Source of the DNA: Dipteris shenzhenensis
Lineage: Eukaryota
Assembly: GCA_047967505.1 (NCBI GenBank)
Contig: CM106538.1
Reading direction: 5' to 3' (one strand)
DNA length: 64,000 bases
Positions 1-9,752 of the stretch are shown here, piece after piece. The number at the start of each line of letters is the position of its first letter. The first letter of the stretch is position 1. The notes beneath the pieces are model-generated. The model saw only the letters and a program-made list of their open reading frames with translations, made no database searches and was not told the DNA's origin. The translations under genes and the position numbers were made by a program.

Positions 1-14
1 ACATCCGTCAAGCT

Positions 15-500
15 ATGGATAGAGCTAAGGTGTATGCGGATGAAAACATATCCGTTAGAGAATTTAAGGAAGGAGAAAAAGTTTTTCTCAGAGTTCCTTC
101 GCACTCTAAGTCTTTGACTGCAGGAGAGTATGCTAAGTTATCACCTCGATATTATGGGCCCTGGTTAATTCTAAAAAGAATAGGCAAGGTAGCCTATAAA
201 TTAGAATTACCACAGGGTTGTAAGGTGCACCCAGTGTTTCATGTTTCTCGTTTAAAGAAATTTTTGCATACATGTGACTCACCAATCGAGGGTATTGTTT
301 TGTTTCAGGAGATAGAGGATAATGCAGGACGTAAACCAACAAGAATCCTGGACCGAGGAACAATGCAAGTATGCAATCGGAAGATACCCACGGTGTTGGT
401 TGCATGGCATGGTTTACCTCTATCAGAAGCTACTTAGGAATCCGTATACCAGTTACGGAGAGTGTTCCCAAACTTTATCATTGAGGACGCTGGTGCATGA
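15..500 (+). pseudogene. Ty3/gypsy (chromovirus-type) pol C-terminus: integrase GPY/F region plus chromodomain, with a premature stop
   Basis: Translation KLSPRYYGPWLILKRIGKVAYKLELPQGCKVHPVFHVSRLKK is the integrase C-terminal motif. It is followed by PTRILDR...VLVAWHGLPLSEAT*E (chromodomain; W->TAG stop at 435-437) and FPNFIIED. Confidence 0.9.
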
Positions 501-1644
501 AGAGGGAAGGAATGTTTTGTTACCTACCACATGGAGTGTGGATTGCCATGGGACAGTGTTGGTTGCCTCGCATTGATTTAAGAGAAGAGGCACAATGTCT
601 CCTTATCAGGGTGATAGATAGGCATTAGGAAAAAAGGGAGCTCATTTTGGGGCCCTGTAAGAAATTCACTATTTTCTCTTTTCTCTCTCTATAAAAGCAA
701 GAAAATATAGATACTTGCATGAGAAATGTCAGTGTGAAAAGGAATAAATATATTCTTTCACATGCTTTACATTCAATGTTCATATAAGAGCAACACTTTT
801 CTGTGCAGAATTTGGTGATTCTGACACCGCAGACGCGTCCGGAACGGCCCAAAACCCCAAGAACGGCACTGGAAACGCTGGAATCGGACATCCGGAGGCC
901 CGGAAACGGCCAAAAAAGGCCGAAAAACGCGATTTGCAGAAAAACGCGATTTGGTACTTTTGAAATCCAGCGTTTCCAGTGCCGTTCTTGGGGTAATCTC
1001 CAAAGTACCAAATCGCGTTTTTCTGCAAATCGCGTTTTTCAGCCTTTTTTGGCCGTTTTCGGGCCTCTGGATGTCCGATTCCAGCGTTTCCAGTGCCGTT
1101 CTTGGGGTTTTGGGCAGTTCCGGACGCATCTGCGGTGTCAGAATCACCGAATTCTGCACAGAAAATAAATGTTTTAAAGATTCAAATTAGATCACCTCAT
1201 TAATGTGACATGCTTCTACGAACATATAATACTATTTCTTTTTCTTATTTTCATCTTCTTTTGTTGAATTTTCAACGTTACGTTGGCCCACTCCTGATTG
1301 GTTGAGAGCCTATTTTCTCTCTCTTCTAAAAGGCCCCAAAATGAGCTTCCTTTTTTTCTAATGTAGTGTGTATGGCTTTTGTAGGTGTTGTGCGAGCTCT
1401 TTGTGAGCCTATGCATGTGTAAAGCCTTTGTAGCTTATTACTGAAGACTTATAAACCTCCACAACAAGCACAGTAGTGATGCGTGGAGGTCTCTAAGTAT
1501 TTCTTAAATATTAATATAAAGCTTTAACTCAATTCTGTACTGTCATTTTATGTGTTGCTTACTTATGCTAGCTTCTATCTCTGATTGCCAACAGTGTTGT
1601 GCGTCCATTTTGTCTTTGACGTTGTGCGTCCCTTTTGCCTTTGA
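501..1644 (+). mobile_element. Polypurine tract (501-512) and 3' LTR of the gypsy element (starts TG at 513; right end uncertain)
   Basis: AGAGGGAAGGAA directly follows the pol end and precedes TGTTTTG. No partner LTR is in the window, so the end is estimated. Confidence 0.6.
797..1165. repeat. Long inverted repeat (164-bp arms 797-960 and 1002-1165, 41-bp spacer)
   Basis: TTTTCTGTGCAGAATTTGGTGATTCTGACACCGCAG...GATTTGGTACTTT is mirrored by AAAGTACCAAATCGCG...GAATTCTGCACAGAAAA with only a handful of mismatches. Confidence 0.95.
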
Positions 1645-1722
1645 TGTAGGGAGAGACTCTTGAGGCTCACCATTAGACAGGGAGCTGTACAACAAAGGCT
1701 AGTGCTCGCAAAGTGGACACCA

Positions 1723-1927
1723 TGAGAGGGGAAGACAAGAGAAAAGGGAGCAAGAGAGAGTGAGAGTGACACAATAGTGCAGGTGTGAAGTGATGAGTGA
1801 GTCACACCACAAACTCACTTAAGTTTTATTAGGATTAGGTTTACCCTATGACTGTCTTAAGACAGTCATAGGTGTCCTAACTTTAATTCTTTAATATAAG
1901 GGTAGGCAATGTGCCTTTACCCCAACA
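1723..1927 (-). repeat. 3' LTR of copia element (205 bp)
   Basis: TGAGAGGGG...CCCCAACA, identical to 7773-7977; adjacent PPT at 1928-1940 (minus strand TTAGGTGGGAGGT). Confidence 0.97.
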
Positions 1928-2025
1928 ACCTCCCACCTAAAGGCCAATGTGCCTAAAGGGGAGAAAAGAATAAAAATACAGCAATATACAGTTACTGTAT
2001 ACAAGACCATAAAGTAAGAATGGTC

Positions 2026-5000
2026 TCATCCTAATCCCATGATGTGGCGGCAATGTGCAAACCGCTCTGTAGGCAAGCTCTTAGTGAGCAAATCTGCAGG
2101 ATTATCATCAGTATGGACTTTCACAAGCTCTAGACGCTTGTCTTCCAGTACCTCCCTGATGAAATGATATTTCACCTCTATGTGCTTGGTCTTCTGATGA
2201 AAGACCGGATTCTTTGCCAACATGATAGCACTCTGACTATCACAATGCAGAACTGGCATATCTCCTGTAATGCCCAAATCTCCCACCAGCCGAGTAAGCC
2301 ATATTGCTTCCTTGCAAGCCTCAGTGGCTGCAACATATTCAGCTTCTGTGGTTGATAGTGCAACGCATTTCTGCAACCGAGACACCCATGATATAGCACC
2401 TCCTGCAAATGTAAAAATATAACCGGTAGTAGACTTCCGGTTATCTGCATTCCCTGCATAGTCTGAATCTGTAAAACCATGCACCAATGCATCCTGCCTA
2501 CCATAGCATATGCACAAGTCTTTGGTACCTTTGAGATACCTCAAGACACCTTTCACTGCTTCCCAATGCCGCTTGCCTGGATTTGCCATGTACCTGCTGA
2601 TGACTCCCACCGCAAAAGCAATATCCGGACGAGTGGCAACCATGGCATACATCAAAGATCCAACTGCAGATGCATACGGAACCTTGGCCATTTCAGCCTT
2701 ATCATCATGTGATCTGGGGCTGTCCTTACTGCTGAGTTTTAAATGTGGAGGCAACGGGGTACTAATGGACTTCCCCCCTTCCATTTTAAACCTCTGCAGT
2801 ACTTTGTCAATGTACTCTTTCTGTGACAGAAATAAAAGTCCCTTGGACCTGTCACGAGTAATACGCATGCCAAGAATATGATTGGCATCACCCAAGTCTT
2901 TCATGTCAAAAGACTTATGCAGTTGTTTCTGCAAAGCACTAATCTCATGCTGAGATTTACTGGCAATAAGCATGTCATCCACATATAGAATGAGTAGCAT
3001 CAAACTGCCATCCTTTGCCCGTTTGGTGTACAAGCAATGATCGGTCTCACACCTATGATACCCTTGGGACTGCATGAATGCATCAAACTTCTTGTACCAT
3101 TCTCTTGGCGCCTGCTTGAGTCCATACAAGCTCCTTTTGAGCTTACACACAAGCTGCTCTTTTCCTTTAACAGCATATCCCTCTGGCTGACTCATATAGA
3201 TCTCATCATGGAGATCTCCGTGAAGAAAAGCTGTCTTCACATCCATCTGACATAAATCCATGTCAGCATGAGCAACAAGAGCCAACACTGCTCTCAAAGT
3301 AGTCATCTTAACTACAGGGGAAAAGATCTCATCAAAGTCAATGCCCTTCTCCTGCTTAAATCCCTTGGCAACCAATCTGGCCTTATACCTCGGTAAAGCA
3401 TTTGAATCCACTTTGACTTTGTAAACCCACTTACATGGCAAAACTTTTCTGCCTACAGGTAATTGCACCAAGTCCCATGTATCATTCTGAAGTAGAGAGT
3501 CCATTTCTGACTGCATGGCTTTTTCCCACTTCTTTTTCTCTGTTCTTCCCATAGCTTCCTTGAAGCTGGAAGGCTCACCACAATCTGTCAGCATGATAAA
3601 ATCAGCCACATTATTGGCTCCTGGAACAAACCTGGCAGGAGGCCGTTGTGCACGGGTGCTCCTCCTAACAAACTGTTCCGGATTAGGCTGCTGTCCAGCC
3701 TGTTCTTCATGCATAACAGGTGGCTGTACCACCGTAGCTGGCTGTTCTACAGCCCCATCTGTTGGCACATCCAGTGGTGCATTATTGGCAAAATTTTGTG
3801 GCTGATTTTCAGCCTGTATACCCTCTTGAACAGGGTGATCTGCAGCAGCCTGCTGCTGTATATAAATAGGCATTCTTTGCTGTCCAACATCATCATAAAT
3901 AACCCGCCTGTATTCCACAGGTTGCACGGGTTCCTTGTGTACACAATCTTCTTTAAAGATGACATCATTGCTGCGTATAACTTTCCGTTTAACGGGATCC
4001 CATAATCTGTACCCCATTTCACCTTCATCACCATATCCCATAAAGATGCATCTGATAGACTTTGGATCCAGTTTGGTGCGTAGATCTTTGCGTACATGAG
4101 CAAAGCACTCGCAGCCAAATACCCGTAAGTGCTTATATGAGGGTGGCTTGCCAGACCACACCTCCTCTGGCACTTTCAACTCCAAAGCCTTATTTGGTGA
4201 CCTGTTAATAATGTGAACTGCTGTTTGCACGGCTTCTGCCCAAAAGCCATGGGGTAATGCAGCATAAGACAACATACATCGAACCTTCTCCTGAATAGTT
4301 CGATTCATCCGCTCACTTGCACCATTTTGAGATGCATTATGAGGGGCTGTGAGTTCCTGTTTGATGCCCTTAGCTTGGCAAAACTGCACAAAAGCATGTG
4401 ACACATACTCACCCCCATTATCGGATCTGAGGCATTTCAGCCTACGACCTGTCCGATTTTCAACCTGAGCGACAAACCTCTTGAAAACATCTAGGGCATC
4501 TCCCTTATGCTTCAAGAAATAGACCCACACCTTACGTGTGGCATCATCAATGAAAGTAATAAAATATTTGGCACCCCCTAGTGATAACTGTGGCATCTCA
4601 CACAAATCAGTGTGCACTAGATCAAGTGGTGCTCTATTCTGGGGAGTTCTCCTTTTATGAGGAGTCACAGAATGTTTGCCAAAAATACAATGATCACAAG
4701 TAGGCAAATCTGAAAATGAGAGAGACGGCAGATAACCCAAACGTGACAGTTCTTTCATTCCTTTAACAGACATGTGTCCCAACCGGCTATGCCACAATGA
4801 AACCTTTGGCAGCTCGGTTATGGCAACAACATGATTACCCACACTGGAAACATAAAGAGGGTACAAGGTATCACTCTTAAAACCCTCAGCCACTACTGTC
4901 TGGCCAGCAGTAATCACCCATTTGGAATCCCCAAATGTGGTGTGGTAACCACTGTCATCTAATAAGCCAGTGCTAATCAGATTTTTCTTGATTTCCGGCA

Positions 5001-6135
5001 CATGGCGAACACCATCAAGCATAAATGACTGTCCATCAGGAAATACTATCTGTATACTGCCAATCCCTGCAATCTGACATGCATAGTTGTTCCCAAGATG
5101 AACAACTCCATGAGTACCTGTGTAGGAAGTAAACCACTCCCTGTGAGGTGTAACATGAAAAGAGGCACCTGAATCCAAGAGCCAGGTGTGCATGTCATGG
5201 CCATCAATAACCAAAGCATGTGCTATTACAGCAGAAGAGCATAAAACATCATGTATGTCACTGTCACTGTCCTCTGCTGCAACATTCACTGCATCCAATT
5301 CAACTAGCGTGGCCTTGCCTTTGCCTTTGCTTGCATTTCCTGCATCCTGTGATTCAGCCTTCTTGGCTTTCTGATCCCGTATGAACTTGAAGCACTTCGA
5401 CTTCACATGTCCCTTCTTGCCACAATAAAAGCATTCAATGTCCTTTTTGCCACGGGACTGACTGCGGGATTTGGACTTACTAGCAGATTTCCCCTTCTGC
5501 TGAGTCCTGCCTCTATCCTGTACCTGCAAAGCATTTGAAGACTTGCTGCCCGCATTATTCTTCCTGCTCATCTCCTCCATAAGAAGAGAGCTCTCTACAT
5601 CAGCATACAAAAGAGTAATATTTGAATTAGACAGGGTGGTCTTGAAAGTGTCCCAACTCTCAGGGAGGGTACACAACAAGAAAGTGGCCTTGAACTCCTC
5701 ATCAAGATTCAACCCCTGTGCAATCAGCTGTGTAAAGATAGCATTGAACTCACTCAAGTGTGAGGTCATAGCTGTACCTTCCTTCATGCGAAGATCGACC
5801 AGCTTCTTCAGCCAATAAACCTTACTGGCTGAGCTCTTTTGGGCATACAATTCCTCTAGTCTCTGCCATAGACCATAAGAGGTCTTTTCAGCCTGTACAT
5901 TGAACACAAGAGTGTCTGAAATAGTGAGCATGATAGCTGCCCTCGCGGACAAATCAAGCTCTTCCCAATCATCAGCTGCCATATCAGATGGCTTGACACC
6001 CTTTACCCTTATGGGCTTAGCAATCTTCTTTAACAGAAGAACATTCAAGCACTGTTCTGCCCATAATGCATAGTTATGTGCTCCTTCCAGTTTCTTTATG
6101 TTCAGAATTGAAGAATCACCTCCTCCTGATGCCAT
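2026..6135 (-). CDS. Copia Gag-Pol polyprotein (gag, CCHC knuckle, protease, GAG-pre-integrase, integrase, RT, RNase H), 1369 aa, intact
   Basis: Motifs in copia order: CFYCGKKGHVKSKC, WLLDSGAS, LWHSRLGH, LVHTD...LRSDNGGEY...NGASER, GYRLWD, KARLVAKG, QMDVKTAFLHG, SLYGLKQAPREW, YVDDML, TDSDYAG, TTEAEY, NPADLLTK. Confidence 0.98.
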   Translation of the reverse strand: MASGGGDSSILNIKKLEGAHNYALWAEQCLNVLLLKKIAKPIRVKGVKPSDMAADDWEELDLSARAAIMLTISDTLVFNVQAEKTSYGLWQRLEELYAQKSSASKVYWLKKLVDLRMKEGTAMTSHLSEFNAIFTQLIAQGLNLDEEFKATFLLCTLPESWDTFKTTLSNSNITLLYADVESSLLMEEMSRKNNAGSKSSNALQVQDRGRTQQKGKSASKSKSRSQSRGKKDIECFYCGKKGHVKSKCFKFIRDQKAKKAESQDAGNASKGKGKATLVELDAVNVAAEDSDSDIHDVLCSSAVIAHALVIDGHDMHTWLLDSGASFHVTPHREWFTSYTGTHGVVHLGNNYACQIAGIGSIQIVFPDGQSFMLDGVRHVPEIKKNLISTGLLDDSGYHTTFGDSKWVITAGQTVVAEGFKSDTLYPLYVSSVGNHVVAITELPKVSLWHSRLGHMSVKGMKELSRLGYLPSLSFSDLPTCDHCIFGKHSVTPHKRRTPQNRAPLDLVHTDLCEMPQLSLGGAKYFITFIDDATRKVWVYFLKHKGDALDVFKRFVAQVENRTGRRLKCLRSDNGGEYVSHAFVQFCQAKGIKQELTAPHNASQNGASERMNRTIQEKVRCMLSYAALPHGFWAEAVQTAVHIINRSPNKALELKVPEEVWSGKPPSYKHLRVFGCECFAHVRKDLRTKLDPKSIRCIFMGYGDEGEMGYRLWDPVKRKVIRSNDVIFKEDCVHKEPVQPVEYRRVIYDDVGQQRMPIYIQQQAAADHPVQEGIQAENQPQNFANNAPLDVPTDGAVEQPATVVQPPVMHEEQAGQQPNPEQFVRRSTRAQRPPARFVPGANNVADFIMLTDCGEPSSFKEAMGRTEKKKWEKAMQSEMDSLLQNDTWDLVQLPVGRKVLPCKWVYKVKVDSNALPRYKARLVAKGFKQEKGIDFDEIFSPVVKMTTLRAVLALVAHADMDLCQMDVKTAFLHGDLHDEIYMSQPEGYAVKGKEQLVCKLKRSLYGLKQAPREWYKKFDAFMQSQGYHRCETDHCLYTKRAKDGSLMLLILYVDDMLIASKSQHEISALQKQLHKSFDMKDLGDANHILGMRITRDRSKGLLFLSQKEYIDKVLQRFKMEGGKSISTPLPPHLKLSSKDSPRSHDDKAEMAKVPYASAVGSLMYAMVATRPDIAFAVGVISRYMANPGKRHWEAVKGVLRYLKGTKDLCICYGRQDALVHGFTDSDYAGNADNRKSTTGYIFTFAGGAISWVSRLQKCVALSTTEAEYVAATEACKEAIWLTRLVGDLGITGDMPVLHCDSQSAIMLAKNPVFHQKTKHIEVKYHFIREVLEDKRLELVKVHTDDNPADLLTKSLPTERFAHCRHIMGLG

Positions 6136-7244
6136 ATCAGATGAGGAAAGTACCTGACTCCCTGGAAGTAAAAAGACTGAATAATAAAGTTCTGATTTCT
6201 CAGAAAAAGTCTGCTCTATTCAAGAGCCAGTAGCACTCTCAAAAGTGCTGTTTTTACTGTCAGTAAAATCTGCAGCAAAACAGTAAATGTCCCTGCAAGT
6301 ACTGTACCTTCTGACAAACTGTTCTGAGCTCAAAGAGGCATAAAAAACAGTAATTTCAGACTGCTGCTGCTGCTCAACAAGAGCTTAACAGTGCATAATT
6401 ATCTGACAAAACCACTCAGACTGCTGTAAACACTGCTGTACTGACTGTACTGATCACTTCTCCCACCTCAGATGAGGTATGTCACTGTCTCAAATTGCAG
6501 AAGACACTCCAAAAAAAAAATAAATGACTCTTCAGCCTGTCACACAAAACCTGCAACAGGAAATGGGATAAATCCCAAGCAATCACCCTTATGCCAAGGG
6601 GAGAAAATGCATCTGAAGATCTCTGTTGGTAACCCAAGTGCAATCAAACAAAGTCTGGGCAAAAGCCCCTTGATCTGACACCTGAATCAAGTGAAGAACA
6701 CCTCAACACTGAGGTAGCAAGCAATATGAAAATCTCTCTGACTCTTGTACCTGACAATGTGCAAAGCATAGACTGCCTCTGTGTACTCAGTAACAACACA
6801 AACCACAAAGTACAAACACCCAGAAGAAAATCTTTTGAGCACTGTCAACGATGGGCAGTTAGGGACCGAGTAAACTCGATGCGCCCTGACCAAGCGTGGC
6901 TCAACTGAGATTTTCAGAGTGTGTACAAAGAATGTGACCTGCAACAAATGTCACCAAATGCACTGCGGAAAGAAAGCAAATGTGTGCTCCCTGGCTACAC
7001 ACTGCCTCAAGGCATAGACTGCAAACACATCTAGGCAAAAGCCCTTTGAGAATTTCACCCAAAACTGAGAATGTCACTCAGTAAAAAAAAACTCCGGCTG
7101 TCCTGCTGTACTTCTGTCCTTGCAGCAAGTACACTTCCCCCAAAAAAAAAGATTTTGCAGCAAAAAACACCAAGACCTGCTGTTTCTGTACCTTCTGTTT
7201 CGACGCTAACTCAGCGTATCTGCTGATGGACTGCGCACAGAATG

Positions 7245-7725
7245 ACTGTCGTCCGTACCCTTTGTACGGCTGTCGTCCGTACCTGTGTACGGCTGTCCGT
7301 ACGACTGTACGGACAGTCCGTACAGCTGAGGTACTGAATAGCACAGCAGCTATACTGCTGGACTACAGAAGGATAGCGACGCCTGCTCCTAGTAGCAGCT
7401 GCTGCTGGATGCAATGACACGAGCTGCAGCTAGCAGCTCATGTGTACTGCGCCACCCGCGACCAGCGAACTGCGACCAGCCACCCGCGACGGAAAAAGAC
7501 CTGCAGATCTGCGCCGAAATGCGCTCGCCTGCACCGCCTTGTTGCCCTCGAAATGCGCCGATTTGGAGCTGCCCTTGCTGCTCGACGCCGCCGCCTTGCA
7601 CCACAGCTCGCTGCTGGAGCTCCGTCCGTACGGTTAGCAGCGAGCTCCGTCCGTACAGTTAGCAGCGAGCTCCGTCCGTACGGTTGTACGGACGACGTAC
7701 AGCCGTACGGATTTGTCCGTACGGT
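7245..7725. promoter_or_regulatory. CpG-rich leader region of the copia element with two clusters of CCGTAC/GTACGG motifs and a 25-bp tandem repeat
   Basis: About 7 motif copies at 7253-7323 and about 7 at 7626-7724; GAGCTCCGTCCGTAC(G/A)GTTAGCAGC is repeated at 7617-7685. A regulatory role is inferred only. Confidence 0.5.
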
Positions 7726-7757
7726 AGGGGTAGGCTAGGGAGAGGAGGGGTAGGCTA

Positions 7758-7770
7758 GGCTCTGATACCA
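7758..7770 (-). other. Primer binding site (tRNA-iMet) of copia element
   Basis: Plus strand GGCTCTGATACCA reads TGGTATCAGAGCC on the minus strand, 2 nt inside the 5' LTR. Confidence 0.95.
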
Positions 7771-7772
7771 GT

Positions 7773-7977
7773 TGAGAGGGGAAGACAAGAGAAAAGGGAG
7801 CAAGAGAGAGTGAGAGTGACACAATAGTGCAGGTGTGAAGTGATGAGTGAGTCACACCACAAACTCACTTAAGTTTTATTAGGATTAGGTTTACCCTATG
7901 ACTGTCTTAAGACAGTCATAGGTGTCCTAACTTTAATTCTTTAATATAAGGGTAGGCAATGTGCCTTTACCCCAACA
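7773..7977 (-). repeat. 5' LTR of copia element (205 bp)
   Basis: Identical to 1723-1927 and followed by TSD CACCA. Confidence 0.97.
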
Positions 7978-8043
7978 CACCATAGAAACGGCGACATAGA
8001 GGTAGGCACTCAGAAGTGCCACATGCATATGCATATACAAGAG

Positions 8044-9430
8044 TGTTGGAAAGGTCACCTCCCCATCTGTAAGCCCCCATATGAGGAGAGCGTGGGAAAG
8101 GAAGACCTAGGGCATGTGCCCAAGAGAAAAGAAAGAGAGGGGGCTGCCACATGGGCAGCACCTTACATCAAAAGAGAGGAGAGTACCTGGCAGAAGGAAG
8201 CTTGCCTCGAGGGCAGATCCGGCAGAGAATGGCCAGGAGACTGTCAAGGACAGGACAGAGCAGATCTCCAGCCTGGAACAAAAGTGCAATGACACGTGGC
8301 AGTATGGACTGTTGGCAAGCTGTTTGGTGGGGACTGTGGGAAGGTGTATGGCCTGCAACAAGGCCTGCCATAGGTGCAGCAAAGGGGCAGAGGTGGAGGC
8401 TATGGTAGGCCAGCCACCTAGCCATAGATGTGCCCAAGGGTGGGGCCCCATGGGGGCTGCCCTTGGGGCCTGGCAGCAGTACAAGAGGGCCAGCAAAGGG
8501 CCCTTATAGGGCTGCCTGCATAAAGTCGGCCAAGGGCCCTCACAATTCATTCACCAGGTCAGCCATCAGAGGAGCAGCAGGAGCAGCTGTACTCACACCC
8601 TCAGGCCTACTTCTAGGAGGCAAAGGATACTAGGAGTTGTTGCAGACTGAGTTCATCAAGGGCTGGACCTTGGCTGTCTTCTAGGGCAGCAAGCTGTTTG
8701 GATCTGCTCTGTCCAAATATGCTCGAGGTGGAGCACGCAGGCTTGAGTTTGGAGATAGCCGGCAGATAGTAGAAGTACCTTGTGGTAAAATCAAAGTACC
8801 ACGCTCTGGTGGGACTTTGGATCTCTCTCTCTTTTGTTGTGTCCATAGTTTTGGATGGAAATATATAGTTTTGGTAGCTTCTATATCTGGCTGGATTATT
8901 GTCTATTGATGAGTTTGCACATCTATGTGATGCACATAAGTTAAAGAAGTTTGTGATTCCTCTCCCCACACACACTGTGTGAGCTCTTGGGCTATTCTAT
9001 CAGTCTTCCGTTGTGCGTACCGTGTGTTGGTTGATTTCTGACATGGTATCAGAGCCCAAGTAGGAGGCTCACACGTGTGGGAGCCTGAAAGCAGGGACCT
9101 TGCTGAAGGACGACCTTGATTCATAAGCTCGTGGGAATCGACTTCCACGACTGGAGGACAGTGCCCTTGTGAGAAGGAGGGTGACTCACGTTCAGTGAAG
9201 TGCATATAGAGTTATGGTCTACGGAGGGTTGAGTTTGTTCGACTTTGCTGTGTCATTTAGCAATAGAGATGTCGATTTCAGAATCCTCTTCAGCCTGTTC
9301 TCTCCCTTTCTCGTCCCCCATATTTCTTTCTTTCACCATCCCTAACTTTGGAGAGTCTGGGAAACTAGATGGGACAAATTACCCTATCTCGAAGTTGAAG
9401 ATCCGGAGTAATTTAGTGGCTACCGTCTAG
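8044..9430 (+). mobile_element. 5' end of a second, truncated copia element: LTR (about 8044-9043, possibly starting at about 1645 before the nested insertion), iMet PBS 9044-9056, gag N-terminal remnant
   Basis: TGTTGGAA...TTCTGACA termini, immediately followed by TGGTATCAGAGCC. IPNFGESGKLDGTNY..SKLKIR resembles a copia gag start. The LTR start resembles 62190 and 62413. Confidence 0.7.
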
Positions 9431-9714
9431 CTACATCATGACGTCAGTCCAGATGGGACCTCGATATCTTGAGCTGATGAGGAGAGTAGAGCATGCCAAC
9501 AAAGGATCTTTGACATGCTTCAGATACGCCAGATTACTCCTTGGGACTAGGCGATGCACCCATGCAATTCTCACCCTCTCATGATAGGCAGACGATCCAT
9601 CAATCTACATTGAAGACACATATCATTTGTTTTCATATTTGAGTTATGGGGATGCACTAGCCATGTCTAGTTCCCCTGGTTTTTGGCGTTCTGGGTCACA
9701 ATATTGCTCAGCAC

Positions 9715-9752
<38 letters not shown>

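Larger units (their letters stand above)
1723..7977 (-). mobile_element. Complete Ty1/copia LTR retrotransposon (Tnt1/Tto1/Tork-like), very recent insertion
   Basis: Two identical TG...CA LTRs, 5-bp TSD CACCA (1718-1722, 7978-7982), iMet PBS, PPT, and an uninterrupted gag-pol ORF. Confidence 0.98.

Noticed and set aside
625-1190. Several overlapping ORFs on both strands
   Set aside because: They are by-products of the GC-rich inverted repeat (mirror-image translations) with no protein motif.
2164-5818. Short ORFs antisense or out of frame to the copia polyprotein
   Set aside because: Shadow ORFs of a long coding sequence.
7078-8633. Many GC-rich ORFs in the copia leader and neighbouring LTR
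   Set aside because: Low-complexity translations of repeat motifs; no recognisable domain.
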